A DNA stretch of 63,363 nt, filler included, from Octopus bimaculoides (taxonomy: Eukaryota), in assembly GCF_001194135.2 (NCBI RefSeq). It is 4 parts of 4 records of this genome, joined end to end, with 100 filler letters (N's around TTAATTAATTAA, not from the genome) between each part and the next. Parts side by side here need not be neighbours in the genome. Positions count along the whole stretch, not along the records: positions 59,138 to 63,363 come from NC_068997.1; 3 more parts are not named here. One strand, given 5' to 3'. Positions 59,038 to 63,363 of the stretch are shown here, in pieces. The position numbers and the translations under genes were made by a program. The notes beneath the pieces are model-generated. The model made no database searches. It was not told the origin of the DNA and worked only from the letters and a program-made list of their open reading frames with translations. Positions within the stretch are counted from its first letter, which is position 1. Every line of letters begins with the position of its first letter.

Positions 59038-60765
59038 NNNNNNNNNNNNNNNNNNNNNNNNNNNNNNNNNNNNNNNNNNNNTTAATTAATTAANNNNNNN
59101 NNNNNNNNNNNNNNNNNNNNNNNNNNNNNNNNNNNNNAAACACAAACAGACACACACACACACACACAAAACACACATACACATACACACAAACACACAC
59201 ACACACACATTAAAGTAGAGAGAATAGACAAACAGTTTGGTAAGACTTGACAATGACATTTAATTTGGCTATTCAATGAAAGGTTTAGATAATATCTGAC
59301 AGCTGTTTCTGGAATATCCCAGCTATTGGAACATCATGTAAAGCGAAAATTCCATAAGCTGAGTATTACATCATCGGAGAGAGATTGGTTAAATATATGT
59401 AACGGTGCAAGAAAGTTCCTCATCGATGATAATTGTGTAGTTCATTACGTCTAGAAAGAGAGGAGAAATCTAATTAAATCCAGTTAAAACGGATATTCAT
59501 TAGGTAAATCCATGAACTGGGAAAATAGTTTGATAGTAATCCATGACGAGGGAAAATGGATGCTACAACATTGGAACTGATAGCATCCATTTATGTGCCG
59601 ACCACCGGCTTTCAAACCTCTTAAACTGCTTCGTGAAAGAGCTGTGATGCCATTCCATGAACTGAGTCTTTGTTTCGTGATTATAAAGGTAGCCCTATGT
59701 TTCATCTCCTGTCATTAAGCTAGAATGGCTGAAGAAAATAGAGAACAGGGCACAGTAACAGGGTCAACATCAGTGGCAGCAAATAGCAGCAGCGGCAGTA
59801 GCAGCAGCAACAACGACGACGACGACGACAACAGCAACAGCAACACCGCCACCACGAAACTACTGTTTCCGGTCTCTGAGCTCTGGGTATGGTCGTGGGT
59901 GACAACAATTGACAATCCCGTTATCAAGCGATGATGAGATGCCAATGGATGCCGAAAAAAAGGTAACAAGCTGTGGATGACGACAAAAAGAGGGAGATAG
60001 TGCGCAAAAACATGAAGGCGAACAAAAGATGTCCGAGAAATTTAGGAAGGACCTCACAATTCATTTACACGGCGAAGAATACACAAGTGTTCACATTCTG
60101 AAAGAGTTTCAGCTATATCTACACCAGCCTGTAATTTTAGCAGACGTATAGATGCCGTAAAGTTCCAGATTGCAAAGGCATACTTTATTGGGAAGCAGAA
60201 CTCTATGCTGAACCGCAGAACAGAGTTGGACACGTGGAAATAAATCCTTGATATTTACGAGCAGTAACTGTATTTACACTCGCGTTTCGAACTCACAATT
60301 TATCGTTGAGAATACAAATTAGTATGTTTGATGAAGATGTTATAAATTCGAAAGTGTTACTTTAGCTATTTGCTACTTGGAAATAGTCCGCTATCACACC
60401 AAACATATTGTGTTAAGAGTATCTGTATAAATTTATAATTCATTTATTCCTCAATATTGAGCTTCGTTAACGAACAGCCGCTTGTTTTCGTGTCATTTAT
60501 ACATATGATATTTAAAGCACGAAAGCATTACATGCTTTTGCATGTGAGCAAACAAAAAAAGTTTTGTGTATGATGTTTTAAAAATATATTTTGAGGCTTT
60601 AGAAAAATCCATGTTAATTATTGAGTGCGTTAAAAAAGATTTTGTTGGTTACACATTTCGCTATTTACAAATATGATTAATAAAAATGGAGTGAACAGTT
60701 GCTTCATATATTTTTCTATAATTCTGTATTTTAAAACGTAGTTTTGTTTGAAGACTTCAAGCAAT

Positions 60766-60903
60766 TTACGTCATTGATTCGTCATTTATTTGTTCGCAAA
60801 CTCAGAAGGAAGTTAAAAAGTTTAATAACTAAGGGTGTGTAGTAACGCCTGCGCATGCGTAGTCTTACGCATGCGTAGAATTAAACAAGCAAGCGTTTCC
60901 CGC
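60766..60903. promoter_or_regulatory. Candidate promoter: two NRF1-type GCATGC palindromes, E2F-like and CRE-like sites
   Basis: TTACGTCA 60766-60773; TGCGCATGCGT 60850-60860; ACGCATGCGT 60867-60876; TTTCCCGC 60896-60903; local CpG enrichment in unique sequence. Confidence 0.5.
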
Positions 60904-61849
60904 TCAATTCATTCTCTTTCTCACTGGCCAGCGATTGAGCATGGACGTGTGTTTAAAGCTGTCTCTACATCTTTCGGTCTTATACTCGACAGCTCGTTAT
61001 TCTCACCTCTAAAGATGTATAACTAAAAGATATGTATGTTTATCACCTAAATAAATGTTGTTTGAGTTGTTTAGTCTGGAGTTCAGCGTTCCGTCTATTT
61101 CTTTAATTTTATAGTAGAAAGTCAGGTATACAATCTAAAGATGTATAACCCACNNNNNNNNNNNNNNNNNNNNNNNNNNNNNNNNNNNNNNNNNNNNNNN
61201 NNNNNNNNNNNNNNNNNNNNNNNNNNNNNNNNNNNNNNNNNNNNNNNNNNNNNNNNNNNNNNNNNNNNNNNNNNNNNNNNNNNNNNNNNNNNNNNNNNNN
61301 NNNNNNNNNNNNNNNNNNNNNNNNNNNNNNNNNNNNNNNNNNNNNNNNNNNNNNNNNNNNNNNNNNNNNNNNNNNNNNNNNNNNNNNNNNNNNNNNNNNN
61401 NNNNNNNNNNNNNNNNNNNNNNNNNNNNNNNNNNNNNNNNNNNNNNNNNNNNNNNNNNNNNNNNNNNNNNNNNNNNNNNNNNNNNNNNNNNNNNNNNNNN
61501 NNNNNNNNNNNNNNNNNNNNNNNNNNNNNNNNNNNNNNNNNNNNNNNNNNNNNNNNNNNNNNNNNNNNNNNNNNNNNNNNNNNNNNNNNNNNNNNNNNNN
61601 NNNNNNNNNNNNNNNNNNNNNNNNNNNNNNNNNNNNNNNNNNNNNNNNNNNNNNNNNNNNNNNNNNNNNNNNNNNNNNNNNNNNNNNNNNNNNNNNNNNN
61701 NNNNNNNNNNNNNNNNNNNNNNNNNNNNNNNNNNNNNNNNNNNNNNNNNNNNNNNNNNNNNNNNNNNNNNNNNNNNNNNNNNNNNNNNNNTATATATATA
61801 TATATAGTTCTATATTTAAGAGATGAGGAATTATGTACATTTATTTACA

Positions 61850-61977
61850 TTTGACAGATATTTGTCCTCATCTTGTTTGTTGTTAACACAACATTTCGGC
61901 TGATATACCCTCCAGCCTTCTTCAGGTGTCTTGGGGAAATTTCGAACCTGGGTTCTCATTCCTAAGATATTTTTCGA

Positions 61978-62035
<58 letters not shown>
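61850..62035 (-). mobile_element. PLE pLTR of a second family, adjacent to (ATT)n
   Basis: Contains a near-canonical minimal hammerhead; the sequence differs from the CUGUUGA family. Confidence 0.7.
61886..61929 (-). ncRNA. Minimal type I hammerhead ribozyme motif (canonical CUGAAGA core)
   Basis: ACAC-CUGAAGA-A-GGCUG gagggUaUaU CAGCC-GAAA-UGU-U-GUGU: 4-bp stem I, 5-bp stem II, AUGU stem III (likely ACGU after CpG decay). Confidence 0.7.
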
Positions 62036-62036
<1 letters not shown>

Positions 62037-62299
62037 TGACCTATACATATACATATACATATACATACATATATATACATATATATGTATGTGTTCATAC
62101 ATGTATATACACACATATATATATACATATATATATGTATGTATACATATATACATACGTACATAATATATATATATTATGTAAATGTCATTTAATATAC
62201 AAATCATTTAAATAAAAACTACTAATAATTTCATGCCGTGTAAACACGAACGATAATTCGGCAGATTTATATATCATGCCTTGAGTTTCCAAGCGATTC

Positions 62300-62840
62300 T
62301 TCAGGCTCAATGCACATGCTTAGTCCTATTTGAAATCCAGGGCGCTGCTCTAACGGAACAATAAACTATATTATGTAAATAGGTATGTGTTGGTGTGCGC
62401 GCTCGCGCGCGCGTGTACGTGTGTCTCACAGGTGAGAGCTTTCTACATGCAACAGCGGCCATACCCCAGGCAACGGTTTCCACAGGCCGGCTAAACCGAC
62501 GGCTCTCAAGCGTTCGGTGAATTAGGTCTTGTCTACCTAAGAATGTGAAGACTGAGTCCGATGGACTGCGGGGATGGGAAACCACCAGATTAGTTCAATG
62601 GACAGGAGGGCTGACCAGCAAGCGTTGTAGAGTGCGAATAGGACACAGTGACACACGAAAGACACCGTGGCCATCCACTACATCCTGTCCTATCTCTTGT
62701 CGTTGTGACTTGATCTTGTCACTGAAATCAGATAGGAAGGGTCTAGAGAGTAATGCAGATAACGTTGCGCAATCCTCCTTCACTTTAATCCCCATGTCAC
62801 GCACAAGATAAGACATCACAGCATCCTAGACTCGCCTTCA
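62300..62840. mobile_element. Unclassified GC-elevated fragment, possibly LINE-derived
   Basis: About 50% GC with broken reading frames and an RLVQWTG segment faintly like RTE RLRWxGH; no firm motif. Confidence 0.25.
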
Positions 62841-63363
62841 AGTTCTATGATGATGTATGTTTCTCTGTGTGTGTGTGTGTGTGTGTGTGTTGTGTGTGCA
62901 TATATGTATATCTGTGTATATAGCAAGCAGATGGAGGCAACAACAATCGTTGCTTTGAATAATATATGACAGGTTGGCTAAGAAATGAATACTAGTTTCA
63001 AAATAAGAATATTTAAATTATGACAAAAAACTAAAGTAAATTTCTTCTATTTATATTTGTTACAGATATGTGTTATTAATAGTAATAACACTGTTTAGAT
63101 ATCAGTTACTAACAGATGTAATATTCTCATGTGTATATTAGCATATTAATATTATTATAGCTAATACTGATACTGTTAGACGTATCGTTATTCAATATTA
63201 CCAACAGAGGCACACGTATACCCTCAGCATTATCTCTCAAATAACAAGTAATCAAGGAATATCACAGTTGTTTTGCATTTGGGAACGAAAAGAGATATAA
63301 ACACACAGCTATTTTATAGATATGTGTGTATAGATATGTATGTATATGTATATATATATATAT

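Overview
Very AT-rich, microsatellite-saturated eukaryotic draft-assembly DNA with many N gaps. The SINE families and repeat landscape point to a coleoid cephalopod, probably Octopus (inference from recognition, not from a search). There is no prokaryotic content, CRISPR array, rRNA or true tRNA. Only one host exon is well supported: a + strand terminal exon (1133-1790) encoding a short coiled coil and a Q/H/P-rich tail. A housekeeping-type promoter signature (NRF1 x2, E2F, CRE-like) lies near 60.8 kb. The rest is mostly decayed mobile DNA: at least four SINE families, RTE fragments, two Tx1-type LINEs, R4/Dong fragments, several Penelope-like elements (PLEs), Chapaev-3, mariner, a 121-bp MITE, a Helitron fragment and a possible Gypsy relic. 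Highlights: (1) several PLE-associated minimal hammerhead ribozyme motifs, including a family with a recurrent non-canonical CUGUUGA core; (2) an ORF2-deleted Tx1 element carrying an ~850-bp array of alternating 28/26-bp units, which keeps frame as an 18-aa repeat and is also a dense cluster of STAT (TTCCNGGAA) and kB-like motifs; (3) R4/Dong fragments and SINEs repeatedly associated with (AAT)n tracts; (4) an inverted SINE pair with a perfect 17-bp target-site duplication.
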